The notes beneath the pieces were generated by a model. That model had not been told where the DNA came from and searched no databases. It worked only from the letters and a program-made list of their open reading frames with translations. A program made the position numbers and the translations under genes. Source: Pristiophorus japonicus (lineage: Eukaryota). Taken from it: a stretch of 64,000 bases of DNA. The stretch spans positions 107,260,001-107,324,000 of the forward strand of contig NC_091987.1 of assembly GCF_044704955.1 (NCBI RefSeq), read 5' to 3'. Positions 25,069 to 36,771 of this stretch are shown here, one piece after another (positions within the stretch are counted from its first letter, which is position 1; each line of letters begins with the position of its first letter).

Positions 25069-25861
25069 GACATTCACACCCACTGTGCTGAGGCGAGGCA
25101 TGTCGTGAAGTAATGAAGCACTCCTGAAACTAAGATATGCAGAGTTCCATAACTGAGTACACCAGGACCGGTCAGTAAAATGTGACCTTCTCTGCAGGTG
25201 TTGTGAGCCATTTCATGGACTTATTACTGTTCAATGCCACAGCAAGATTAACAGACCTCCTAATGTTTGCACTGGCGAAGTGGCCCATTGGCTGCTTGAG
25301 AAGCCTGTAAAGACCATCATTGCGGGCGATTCGTAAAGATTTCATAATCTGCAGCACAACTGCAGCCCTGGGAATCACACATTTCAAAAGTATATGTTCC
25401 CCGCATTTCAACGGTGGTTTGTTAATCGTCAGACCAAAAGAAAAGCAAGGCGCTTTGCCTATTTTTCAAAACAATATGAATTTCTGCACGTTATCGAACT
25501 ATAGGAAGGGACTGTAAGTGATGCAATCGGTACCAGGCAAACGCCTGCTGTGTACTTAGTAAGTAGCTGGTTAAATATTAAACCTTGATTTGGTTTCTGC
25601 AGACTTTAGCCTCTCATTTAGTTACAAAAGTAATCCTCATTTGATATGAGGCGGTAACAAGATTCATTTCTTTTCCCTGCATGTCATTGGAGAAGCCTAC
25701 TAATTTGCTTGTTTCTCGAAGATCTTCCTCGGCAACCAGATTCATTTTTTATTTAGGCACAATATTTTTGTTTGTTTCTTTGTAAATCGACTTTGTTTAT
25801 TCAGCGGGCTTTTCACACATTTATCGGGAAGGCGGATCCTGTTTTTACTGCGAATGATTTC

Positions 25862-26022
25862 TATAAAATGCTTTCGTCCGAGGCTTTCAGTTGACCGCTG
25901 TTCGCCGCGCTATTAAGAGAAGACTGGAAAGTTCGTTCGTGGTTGACTGAAATACCTCAAAGACGCTTAAGAAAATGAAAAGTTTCACTTCTTCCTCAGC
26001 AAGGCTGACCAACAGGTACGAG
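25862..26022 (+). promoter_or_regulatory. Candidate TATA box and first exon of the IGSF5-like gene
   Basis: TATAAAA at 25862 in unique, CpG-containing sequence; donor-like AG|GTACGA (26016) and AG|GTACAC (26023); the signal-peptide exon has an acceptor, so an upstream exon is expected. Confidence 0.35.
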
Positions 26023-26839
26023 GTACACTTAATCTTTAAACAGTTGGCGCTCGTTTGGAAGGCAGTCAACCCTTAAAAAAAAGATGCAACGTTGCCACTC
26101 AAAATAAGATGAGGGGAAATTGGCATCGGTTTAAGATTAAAATGATATGACAAGAATAATCTATGAGAGTCCAGGATGGGTTATCATTAATGGAAACTGG
26201 TGGCAGAAGGGTTTGTTTGCATCAAAGTGACAGATTCTCCATTTTTGACAAACATGCCACAGCAAGCACTTTCTAAGTGAAGGATGTGTATTACAGAGAA
26301 AGAGATTTGGGTTTGGCTTCTCTCTGGTCTGGGAGAACTTTAGGACAGATTCTTCCTTGGGATGTGCGTTGGCTTCCGGGTGTAACTGCAACAGGCAAGA
26401 GACGATAATTGTGCTGGCAACCATTCTGCCAATGCCCCGCCCACCCTCAGCCACTCCCGGGACTTTCCACTGGAAGTGACTCTAGCTGTGCAATACATCT
26501 ACCCCCAATATGGACACGCAGATAAGAGGACTGCGTCAGGCACAAAAAGGACCGAGCCTTGCCGCTGCCTCCTTCCCCCACTGTGACCACTGTCTCCGGT
26601 TGAATGTTCGCAAGCTAGGCATCCTGTTGTGTACGTGTGAATAACTGACAAACTGAGCCAGGAGAAAAGTAGCTTAACTTAACTGTGCTTCTATACAACC
26701 CAAAATGGAGTCTCAAACCGGCATGAACCAGAATGAGAATAGCTCCCGTCGTGTCCCAATGCCTGTCCAGTGAGCTGTAACAGATAAATAGAGTATGAAC
26801 ACAACACACCCCAAGCTGAGCTTCCGACTTCTCCATCAT

Positions 26840-27453
26840 TAAGTCGCCTTCTTCCACCTTTTTAGCATCATCTACCTCTGCCCGCCTGCTGCTGAAACCC
26901 TCGTTCATGCCTTTGTTATCCAGACTTAAGTACTCCAGTGGTCTCCTGGCCGGCCTCCCATCCCTCAGCCCATACAAAACTCTGCCTGCCCACGTCCTAT
27001 CCTGCACCAAGCCCTGCTCACCCCATCAAACCTGTCCATGCTGATCTACATTGGCTCTGGTTCCCTGATGCTTCCAAGTGAAAATTCTCCTCCTTGCGTT
27101 TAAATCCCTCCATGGGCTTGCCCCTCTCCCATTTCTGTGACCTAAAAACCCCCTCTGTACACTCCATTCTTTTGACTTCCGCCTCTTGTGGACCCCCCTC
27201 TCTTCGCTCCTGCATTGGTGATCCGGCCATCAGCATCCTCGGTCTGATTCTCTGGAATGCAGCCTCCACCTCTCCGCCTCTCTCTCCCCTCCTTTAAGGC
27301 CCTCCTTAAAACCCACCTCTTTGACAAAGCTTTTGGTCACCCTTCCTAACCTTTCTCTCTTTGGCTCAGCATCTATTTAACTTATGCCTCTACAAAGCTC
27401 CTTGGGGCGTTTTCCTTCCACTAAGGGCGCTATATAAATGCAAGTTGCTGTTG
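26840..27453 (+). mobile_element. L2-clade LINE 3' fragment
   Basis: Degenerate HAFV.SRL.YS..LLAGLP coding; CTCCTTAAAACCCACCTCTTTGAC; ends GGCGCTATATAAATGCAAGTTG. Confidence 0.8.
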
Positions 27454-27914
27454 ACGCTTTTCCTCGTCCTTTGTGGAACAGCACTGCTGGTCGCCAGGGA
27501 TGCTGCGCACTTTTGATGTACAGTGTTGATGTCATGGGAAGGGGGCAGCTTTAAATTTTCGAGCCGCCGGTGGTGCTTTGCAGGCTAGCCCCATGGCCTA
27601 CAGCAGTCATTCCCCTCCCTCCCTGGAACAGTGGTGCACAGAAAACTAGGCGTTGTCGCTGATGTCATCTGCTGTAGCCTGTTGTATAAAAGTGAAGGGC
27701 CACGGTGACCTTGACAGCCGCAGACTGTGCTGCCCATGCCCTGGTTTGTGGCCCTGGCTGTGGCTGCAGCAGGTGAACTGGCTCTTTGCTGAAGGAGAGG
27801 CGCCACAAACATTGTTCCTCGGTGAAGTTGCGGTATGAGAAGTGCTCCCTGAAGACCCGCCGTAGGTATGGCCTCCTGCACCTCTCCTGCCCTCTCCTAT
27901 CTCCTACCTGCAGA

Positions 27915-28390
27915 GGATACAGAGGAGATTTCCGAGGATGTTGCCGGGAGTGGAGAATCTTGGCTATGAGGACAGATTGGATAGGCTGGGGTTGTTTTCC
28001 TTGGGACAGACGAGGCTGAGGGGAGGTGTATAAAATTATGAGGGGCCTAGATATAGTGGATAAAAAGGGCCTATTTCCCTTAGGAGGGGGTCAACAACCA
28101 GGGGGCATAAAATTAAAGTAATTGGTCGAAGGTTTCGAGAAGATTTGAGGGGAAATTTCTTCACAGAGGGTGGTGGGGGTCTGGAACTCACTCCCTGAAA
28201 GGGTGACAGAGGCAGAAACCCTCACCACATTTAAAAAATACTTGGATGTGCACCTGAAGTGCTGTAACCTGCAGGGTTACGGACCTAGAGCTGGAACGTG
28301 GGATTAGGCTGGATAGCCTCTTGTTGGCCACGTGGACACGATGGGCCGAAATGGCCTCCTTCCGTGCTGTAAACTTCTATGATTCTATCT
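27915..28390 (+). mobile_element. CR1 LINE 3' fragment
   Basis: QRRF.RMLPG..WNSLPERV-like coding; TTCTATGATTCTAT tail. Confidence 0.8.
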
Positions 28391-28654
28391 CCTTTGTTTT
28401 CCAACCCCAAAGCAGACCACACAGGGCTGTAAGAAAACTGTGTTCAAGGCAGACAAAAGCAGTCCAACACTGGCAAAAATTAGTCACCCAACGTCACAAT
28501 TCAGGTGCAGAATGCAGAAAATAGACACAAAACAAACACCCACAAGTTAACCATCAGCCTATAAGGACAACTAATCTGTATGGAGTGGATGAGCCCTCTA
28601 GCTAACGCTGCTGTAGGGTTCTTGCTGCCATGTTAGTGTTATGATAAAGAACAG

Positions 28655-29467
28655 TATAAAGAGCTGGAGCATGCCACTGCAGCTTCCAGTGTGAGCCGCT
28701 CCAAGTGCGGACGGCTTCGAGGTGGGTGACTGGGTGATGTCATCAGGACCCAGGTTGCCGGTTGGAGCGCAGGCAGGAGCATCGGCAGGGCCCTGGTAAA
28801 GCAGAGGAGCGGGAAGGTCGTGGCGGACTTGCAACGAGTGATCGGGGCGGAGGAGTGATGAGGGATCATGGCTGAGATTTTGTGGGTGATCGTGACGGAG
28901 GTTCGGCAAATATTTGGTGCGGAGGTGCGGTGGGAAATCGTGGCGGAGGTGTGGCGAGTGTTTTTGTGACGGAGGAGCGGTGAGGGATTGTGACGGAGGT
29001 TCGGCGAATGTTTGGTGGCAGGAGATCGTGGCAGAGGTACGGCGAATGTTTGGTGTGGAGGTGTGGCAGGAGATCGTGGTGGAGGTGCGCCGAGTGTTTG
29101 TGGCGGAGGAGCAGCGAGAGATCATGGCGGAGGTGCGGCGTATGAGGGTTCGGGGCCCAGAAGAGTCGAGGGCCCAGGGGCAGCACGGACCTGCCCACAC
29201 TGCAATATGTGTGCGCCCTAGGTCCATGCAGAAGAGCAGGTCTCCAGTCATCCCGGTTAACCCTTGCCACTGGACCAAGACCTAGCTCTGTCAAGCCCGT
29301 TTGGTGGCTGATGTGAAACGGCCACCACATGTTAAAAAAAGCCACGCACAGGCATCTTCCACCCCCTCAACTGAAGTTCAGGACGAGAACATCGGGTCCT
29401 TCAATGAAACATCTATGAACTCATGTGGAAGTAAGTCATCCTCGTTCGAGGGACCACCTACGATGAT
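28655..29467 (+). mobile_element. Non-coding RTE-tailed element with internal GC-rich minisatellite
   Basis: 3' end GTGGAAGTAAGTCATCCTCGTTCGAGGGACCACCTACGATGAT; repeated GATCGTGGCGGAGGTGCGGCGAA-type units at ~28810-29140. Confidence 0.7.
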
Positions 29468-30048
29468 TTGCTGAGCGAATTTATCACATGGTGACTCAGG
29501 CACTGGGGGCAGAACCAATTTCACTAAAGGGTCCTTAAATAAGCATAGAACCCTTATTAAATACTCTAATGAGCATTTTTAAGACCTCCAGCATGTGCAC
29601 TAGACACCCACGGAGGAGCCAGATCCAATATGGTGACGAGGTACCTCCGGCACGGAATGACCATCTGCATACTGCCCGCCTTATTGGACCCCTGTGGGTG
29701 CAGCACGATCAATGTTGTAGCACTTTGTTTCTTCCTTTACTCTATCCAATTTCTACTGCAGAGAGACTTGCTCGGATACCGGTGCACGCTGGTCAATACT
29801 TGTCTGCCACTCTGTTTGAGGAATGCGATTCATTAGCATTTGGTCATGCATGAACAGAACAAAGTCCTTCTCTTGCACGTCTTCAGATACAGATGTGAAC
29901 CAACAGGGAGTTGTTGGGCCTTTCAGCATTTGACAATCAGAAGCATTAAAATTGAACATTAATTCGTGCAAGTCAGTCTATTTTTTAAAAATAATCTACA
30001 TTTGTCTCATTTCAGCCGCAACCTTTGAGATGTGACTTCTTGCACATC

Positions 30049-30094
30049 ATGGGGACTGTCAGAATAATTCTTACGTTATTCAGCATATCTTTGG
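30049..30094 (+). CDS. IGSF5: IGSF5/JAM4-like signal-peptide exon (exon 30016-30094)
   Basis: Acceptor TTTCAG|30016; ATCATGG start; MGTVRIILTLFSISLG; phase-1 donor G|GTGAGT, in frame with the Ig-V exon to give ..SLGMCLSA-TIIEGP. Confidence 0.8.
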
Positions 30095-30139
30095 GTGAGT
30101 AAACTGTGCAATAGTCAGCACTTTACAATAAGACGAAAA

Positions 30140-30280
30140 AAGGACAAGAAAGATTTGCATTTATATAGCGCCTTTCACGACCACCGGACGTCCCAAAGCA
30201 CTTTACAGCCAATTAAGTACTTTTTGGAGTTTAGTCACTATTGTAATGTGGGAACCACGGAAGCCAATTTGTGCACAGCT
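30140..30280 (-). mobile_element. Deu-domain SINE 3' fragment
   Basis: Reverse complement of the SINE tail (GATTTGCATTTATATAGCGCCTTTCAC). Confidence 0.75.
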
Positions 30281-30284
30281 CTTT

Positions 30285-30980
30285 GGCTTTCTTTTTCCGG
30301 CAGACCGGAAGTTGGTCATAATGGGGGCGGATATGCGGCGGTGAGCTCACTGGCGGGCCGGAAGTATGGTGGGGGGGAGTGGCCGCCGCTATCAGTCATC
30401 AGCGTAGCGTAGCGCTGATGACATCATCATGGAGCCGCGTCACCACGGCTCTCCCCTTCACTTAAAGGGAAGAGCCTGCGCGATTTTTAAAGTTCGGTCC
30501 ACTGGGCCACAATGGGAGGGCGGTTTCAGAGGGTGCCAGGCTGCCTGTTGGCGGCTCGGCTGAACCCGGGGACATAATTGTCGGCCCGACATGGCAGTCG
30601 GCCGACAAAAAAAGAACATGGTGGCAGTGGCAGTGCGTCCTCCCCTTTAATGGGAGCTGCACTGCCATTTTAGAAGGCCACAGACTCACTGCACCGCCTG
30701 AGAAAAGCAGCTTTTGGCATCGCCCGATGGGAGAAAGATTTACTTGGCGGAATTTCGCCGTCGGTGGGGGGAAACATTGGCGGTGCGCGCTCTGATGACG
30801 CACAGATCGGCAGCAGCAGAACAGTAGGGTGGGGGAACGGGTCACCGCCGGGATACCGCAGGAGCCGATTTTAAAAAATGGTGGCCATTACACGAAAAAT
30901 CGGTGGCCATTGCACTCCGCAGGGTGGACACCGCTTTCCACTGGTAACGGGCCTTAAGCAAAGGGCCAATTTTGGCCCCC
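30285..30980. mobile_element. GC/CpG-rich non-autonomous DNA element (probable Harbinger-type MITE)
   Basis: Terminus GGGCCAATTTTGGCCCC; internal CCCTTCACTTAAAGGGGA shared with the element at 34431; no coding capacity recognised. Confidence 0.45.
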
Positions 30981-30982
30981 CT

Positions 30983-31225
30983 TACTCTAACCCCCTTGCA
31001 ATAAAGGCCAACATGCCATTTGCCTTCCAAATTGCTTGTTGTGCCTGCATGCGTACTTTCTGTTTTTTCTATAGGAGGACACCTAAATCTCTCTGGACAC
31101 CAACGTTTAATAGGTCCTCACCATTTAATAAATATTTTGTTTTCCTATTCTTTATACCAAATTGAATAACCTCACATTTCCCGACATTATACTCCATCTG
31201 CCACCTTATTACTCACTCACTTAAC
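30983..31225 (-). mobile_element. CR1 RT fragment
   Basis: Minus strand W.MEYNVGKCEVI..KANGMLAFIARGLE-like. Confidence 0.75.
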
Positions 31226-32290
31226 TTAAAAGAAAGACTTGCATTTATATGGCGCCATTCACAACCTCAGGATGTCCCAAAGCGCTTTACAGACAATGAT
31301 TGTGCTGTTGAAGTGTTGTTACTGTTGTAATGTAAGAAACATGGCAGTCAAATTGTGCACAGCAAGCTCCCACAAATTATATCATCATAGGCAGTCCCTC
31401 GAAATCGAAGAAGACTTGCTTCCACTCTAAAAGTAAGTTCTCAGATGACTGAACAGTCCAGTACGGTAATTACAGTCTCTGTCACAGGTGGGACAGACAG
31501 TCGTTGAAGGAAAGGGTGGGTGGGGAGACTGGTTTGCCACACGCCCCTTCTGCCTTCTGCGCTTGGTTTCTACATGCTCTCGGCGACGAGACTCGAGGTG
31601 CTCAGCGCCCTCCCGGATGCTCTTCCTCCACAGGGTAGTCTTTGGTCAGGGACTCCCAGGTGTCGGTGGGGATGTTGCACTTTATAAAGGAGGCTTTGAG
31701 GGTGTCCTTGAAACATTTCCTCTGCTCACCTGGGGCTCGCTTGCCGTGTAGGAGTTCCGAGTAGAACGCTTGCTTTGGGAGTCTTGTGTCGGGCATGCGG
31801 ACAATGTGACCTGCCCAATGGAGCTGGTCGAGTGTAGTCAGTGCTTCGATGCTGGGGATATTGGCCTGATCGAGAACACTGACGGTAATGTGTCTGTCCT
31901 CCCAGGGAATTTGCAGGATCTTGTAGAGACATCGCTGGTGGTATTTCTCCAGCGATTTGAGGTGTCTACTGTATATGGCCCACGTCTCTGAGCCATACAG
32001 GAGGGCGGTTATCACTACAGCCCCATAGACCACAAACTTGGTGCTAGATTTGAGGGCCTGATCTTCGAACACTCTCTTCCTCAGGCCCACAAATAGCAAT
32101 GTGATAATGAGGAGGTAATATGTTTTAGTGATGTTGGTTGAGGGATAAATATTGGCTGTGACACTGGGGAGAATTCCCCTGCTCTTCTTTGAATAGTGAC
32201 ATGGAATCTTTTACATTCACCTGAGAGGGGTCTCGGTTTAATGTGTCATCTGATAGCTGGCACCTCTGGCAGTGCAGCACTCCCTCGTTA
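31226..32290 (-). mobile_element. Deu-domain SINE split by an RTE insertion
   Basis: SINE tail 31226-31377 and SINE core 32086-32290 are collinear. Confidence 0.75.
31378..32085 (-). mobile_element. RTE LINE 3' fragment
   Basis: ORF 31602-32099 (LLYGSETW..QIPWEDR..LHWAGHIVRMPDTRLPK); 9-bp TSD CCCACAAAT (31369-31377, 32086-32094). Confidence 0.92.
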
Positions 32291-32399
32291 CCACTTTAAA
32301 GTGCCAGTTTAGGGCACTGAATCAAAATGTAATATTATGAAAAGCTTCTGAAATTGTATGTTTAAATGACATGAGCATTTGAATAAATTTGGCTGCTGA

Positions 32400-33082
32400 T
32401 TTAGGAGTATATGTGCACAAATCATTGAAGGTGGCAGGGTAGGTTGAGCAAAGGGTTAAACAAGCATATGGGATCCTGGGCTTCATAATTAGAGGTCGAG
32501 TGCAAAAGCAAGGAAGTTATGATGAACCTGTATAAAACACTGGTTCGGCCTCAACTGGGCACCACAGTTTAGGAAGGACGTAAAGGCCTTAGCGAGGGTG
32601 CAGAAAAGATTTACCAGGATGATTCCAGGGGTGAGGGACTTCAGTTATGTGGATAGACTGGAGAAGCTGGGGTTGTTCTCCTTAGAGCAGAGAAGGTTGA
32701 GAGGATTTGAGAGAGGTGTTCAAAACCATGAGGGGTCTGGACAGAGTAGATGGAGAGAAACTGTTCCCATTGGCGGAAGGGTCAAGAACCAGAGGACACA
32801 GATTTAAGGTGACAGGCAAAAGAACCAAAGGCAACCCGAGGAGAAACTTCTTAACGCAGCGAGTGGTTATGATCTGGAATACACTGCCTGAGAGGGTGGT
32901 GGAGGCAGACTCAATCATGGCTTTTGAAAGGGAGTTGGATAAGTATCTGAAGGAAAAATAATTGCAGGGTTACGGGGAGAGGATGGGGGAGTGGGACTAG
33001 CTGAAGTTCTCTTGCAGAGAGCCAGTGTGGGCTCGACGGGCTGAATGGTCTCCTTCTGTGCTGTAACCATTCCATGATTTGT
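32400..33082 (+). mobile_element. CR1 LINE 3' fragment
   Basis: ORFs 32598-32807 and 32707-32961 (RFTRMIPG, RTRGHRFK, WNTLPERVVEA). Confidence 0.88.
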
Positions 33083-33420
33083 AAAATTTCAATCCTCTGA
33101 AATTTCGGGTCAATGGGTTACATGAGAAGAACTTTCTTGAACGGATATGGATTTACACACGCACACAAGCAGGAGATGCATGCCTCTCCTAGCCTTCCAG
33201 AAACTGGATACATTTCAGTACCCATTGCTTCAGATGTATACATGTGCTATTGCATTGTCAACAATCAGACGCACACCACCCAAGCAGACCGTCAGCTATC
33301 CAGACACATACCTATCAGTAAAGAAAGCTATCCCGCTACTATTGTAGTCAATTCCAGCCACCAACATTGGGTCCATACCCATCCAAAGGCCCTGGCAGGC
33401 ATTGGGGGCATGCCCACCAT

Positions 33421-34128
33421 TGGACTACCAGGAATCCAACAATCTTTTTGGGTTCTCTATCATAATGATACTCTGGGTGTGGAGAGAGCAATACTGTCTC
33501 TCTATGTATGTGCATTGACATTATTTTTTTTTAAACCAGAGTTGACAGACCTGAGCCAATCTGGACAAAGCCATATTCTGATTTTTTTTCTCTAAATATC
33601 CAAGCCATCACAATTGGGACTAGTATTTAAGATTTGGTGATCTTCAGACTCACTACAGCATCTCTCCTTCCCAGCTATATCCTCACTTGCTACTAAGCCC
33701 TTGCGCTGAGCACCTCGAGTCTCAGGTGGGACAGACAGCGGTTGAAGGAAAGGGTGGGTGGGGAGTCTGCTTCACCGCACGCTCCTTCCGCTGCTTGCGC
33801 TTGTTTTCTGCATGCTCTCGACGACGGGACTCGAGGTGCTTAGCGCAAGAGCTTAGTAGCAAGTGAGGATACGGCTGTGAAGGAGAGATGCTGCAGTGAG
33901 TTTGAAGATCACCAAATCTTAAATACTAGTCCCAATTGTGATGGCTTGGATATTTAGAAAAACAAAATCAGAATATGGCTTTGTCCAGATTGGCTCAGGT
34001 CTGTCTACTCTGGTTTAAAAAAAATTAATGTCAACACACATACATAGAGAGACAGTATAGCTCTCTCCACACCCAGAGTATCATTATGATAGAGAGCCCA
34101 AAAAGATTGTTGGATTCCTGGTAGTCCA
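33421..34128. repeat. Long inverted repeat: 303-bp arms with a 102-bp RTE-derived spacer
   Basis: 33421-33723 is the reverse complement of 33826-34128, about 16 mismatches by eye. Confidence 0.95.
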
Positions 34129-34135
34129 TTAAACT

Positions 34136-34240
34136 GAGACTGTAATTCCCGTATTGGACTGTTCAGTCACCTAAGAACTGATTTGCAGAGTGGAAGCAAG
34201 TCTTCCTCGATTTCGAGGGGTTGCCTCAGATGATGATGAC
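34136..34240 (+). mobile_element. RTE 3' terminus
   Basis: GAGACTGTAATTCCC..GTGGAAGCAAGTCTTCCTCGATTTCGAGGG..GATGATGATG; reverse complement of 31381-31480. Confidence 0.85.
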
Positions 34241-34430
34241 TTCCCAGGAGACAATGCTGTGACAATGTTGGGCAAAGTGGCGGCCAATAATACATCAATC
34301 TTTCAAACAAATCAACCAGTGTGAAAACATAATCCTAGCGTTGAATCGTCACTTCTCTGCCGCTCAACACACTGGAATGTTTCAGTTTTATTGTTGTTTT
34401 TCTTCACTTAGCTTTTCATTAAAGTCTAAG

Positions 34431-35092
34431 AGGGAGAAATTCCCCAGCGCCCCGATAGATGGTGGTAACCGGCTCGGGACGGGGCAGAGGTCCCACCCCA
34501 GCCGCAAAATTGTGGTTCCCGCCCCTCCGATCAAGTGGAGGGCAATCTCATGCGTTCCGCTTCCTCTTGCGGTGAGTCCTGGGCGATGGTCCACGTAGCG
34601 GTGACGCGTTTCAACGGCCCTCCCTTTTGCTTAAAGGGGAGGGCCGCTGCTCAGTCTGCATGGCCTCTAATGGCCTCCACTGCCAGGGCAGCGAGGTACT
34701 GAGGCCGCAGCCCGGCACCCAAAATGGAGTGCCAGGCTGCACGATGGCGGCTCGGACCACGCAAGGGGTGAAGAAGTCGGGCCGACCCGAGAGTTGACAA
34801 AACTACCAAGGTGATAGCGCGCAGCTCGCGACCTTCCCTTGAATTCCGCCCCGCGAGCGGATGTAGGCCCGGTTCGCGGTGCGGAAGGGGCTCGGTGTGC
34901 GCGCTAAGGGGCCTCCACTCACGGTGATGATATAATTGGCGGTTGCCGATTGCCTTGGCAGCACCTCCGCTAACTCCCGTGCAATATTGTGGCATCCAGT
35001 AGCGCCCCCCCATCCCCACCAGGCGAAAAGTGTTTCGCGTCTCGTTAGCCCCTCTCACCGGAGGCACTAAAGGGTATCGCTAAAAGGGCCAA
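34431..35092. mobile_element. GC/CpG-rich non-autonomous DNA element (probable MITE)
   Basis: Begins GGGAGAAATT; shares the CTTAAAGGGGA core with 30285-30980. Confidence 0.4.
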
Positions 35093-35938
35093 CATAAGAA
35101 CACAAGAAATAGGAGCGGGAGTAGGCCATTTGGCCCCTCAAGCCAGTCAGTAAGATCATGGCTGATCTGATCTCAAGTTCGACTCTTAAGCTAATTTTTT
35201 CAAACAGAATGGGATAAATTTCCCTCATTTCCCTAGAGCCATTGGCCTAGACATTGTTCTGCACAGCAGCAGTTTACAGGCACGGTTCAGACTACTAAGG
35301 CCCCAGAATGGCAGGAAGGAAGCGCGCGCCATATTTCCAGCCGGATGTTCGCCATCCACCATTTTGGGTAAGGACAGGCGAGGCGAGGCGCACGCCGACC
35401 CGATTCGTGACCTGGGGCCTAACAACACGTAACCGAGTGCCGCCCTTAGCAGCTGTCCAACCCTGAAGTGCTCTTCACCGGTGGGTTCTTAACGCCTCGT
35501 CCGGCAACACTGAAATGGGGCCCGAGGCTCAGGAGAACTTGGGGCCTCACCATTCAGAGTGGGGGGGGGCGGGGGGTGGGGGCGCCAACTAGTCCCCCGC
35601 TCCCGTGCACCATAAAAATGGCCCAGTTTCTCGCCCTTTGTGTGTGTATGTACAAGCCTTTTTTTAAAAGAAAAGAATCACGCTTGGCCCATACCTAGCT
35701 GTATGACACAGGAGGCACACATTGGAGGCCTGCTTAGACTCATATCCCATTTGAAGTCGTTATCATACTGAATCCAGAGGCAGAGTCCTCCCTTGAGGCA
35801 AATTTATGAGTACAGCACTACTGTGTAGCGCTTGAAAGCCAAGAGGCTTTTCGTTGCCAATTTTCTCCTTTCTTCAAGGTACGATCTGTTGCTCTGCTCA
35901 TTGTTGCTTTTATCTAACATGAACTATTTCCCTTTTAG

Positions 35939-36253
35939 GTATGTGTTTATCTGCTACGATCATAGAAGGTCCAAAAACCGCCTTTGTTTTGCTTAACACT
36001 GACGCTGCATTCAACTGCACAGTGTCTCGGCCATGGTCTATTATTATCTGGATAATGGAAAAGACACCGGTTCTTACTATAGTGCCGGCTGGACCAATTG
36101 TTACAGACTCTCAGTTTGGACAACGCAATTATACAATTAGGAACATGTTCACTTCAGAACTTGTCATCTCAGCAGTGACCTTGAAGAACAACGTGACTGT
36201 GACTTGCAGTCTCCAGACTGAAGGACTGCAACAGGCAGATTTGTTTGTGCAAG
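35939..36253 (+). CDS. IGSF5: IGSF5/JAM4-like Ig V-type domain exon
   Basis: Acceptor CCTTTTAG|, donor G|GTCAGT, phase 1-1; IIEGP..VL....A.FNCTVS..W..I.W..VL...P..PI.T..F.....FTSE.VI..V......CSLQ..A.L.VQ matches recalled mammalian IGSF5 domain 1. Confidence 0.88.
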
Positions 36254-36279
36254 GTCAGTTCAATTCTCCAAATAAACAT

Positions 36280-36612
36280 GAGGGACTAGAGTTATGTGCG
36301 GAGATTAGAGAAGCTGGGATTGTTCTACTGATCTACCGGGGGGTGGGGGCGCAGAGAGGACACAGATTTAAGATAATTCGCAAAACTGTCACGGAGGAGA
36401 TGAGGAGAATTTTTTTCAAGCAGCGAGTTATTGTGATCTGGATTGCACTCCCTAAAGGGCGGTGGAAGCAGATTCAGTAGTTACTTTCAAAGGGGAATTG
36501 GACTTGGAAAAGGAAACATTTTCAGGACTATGGGGAAAGAGTAGGGGAGTGGGATTAAGTTATTTTAAAGAAGAGGCACAGACATGATGGGTCTCCTTCT
36601 GTCCTGTATGAT
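36280..36612 (+). mobile_element. Degraded CR1 3' fragment
   Basis: RGHRFKI..MRRIFF.QRVIVIW.ALP in the tail of ORF 35941-36480. Confidence 0.75.
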
Positions 36613-36614
36613 CT

Positions 36615-36720
36615 AATGAAAAACAGAGAATGCTGGAACACTCAGCGGGCCAGGCAGCATCTGTGGAGAGAGAAACAGAGTTAACATTTCAGGTCGATGA
36701 CCCTTCGTCAGCACTGGAAT
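36615..36720 (-). mobile_element. Penelope-type terminal fragment containing a minimal hammerhead-ribozyme motif
   Basis: Minus strand AGTG-CTGACGA-AG-GGTC-ATC-GACC-T-GAAA-TGTT-AACT (~36678-36715). Confidence 0.65.
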
Positions 36721-36771
36721 ATGTTCACTGTGATCATTTCCATGGTGTAAACGCACATGCGTTTGGTATTG

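Noticed and set aside
28598-29345. 226-aa and 159-aa repetitive ORFs
   Set aside because: By-products of the GC-rich minisatellite in the RTE-tailed element
30285-35640. CpG-rich patches as CpG-island promoters
   Set aside because: They share motifs with each other and have MITE-like ends, so transposon origin is more likely
35941-36480. 179-aa ORF as a complete gene
   Set aside because: Only 35939-36253 is exon; the rest reads through a splice donor into a CR1 fragment
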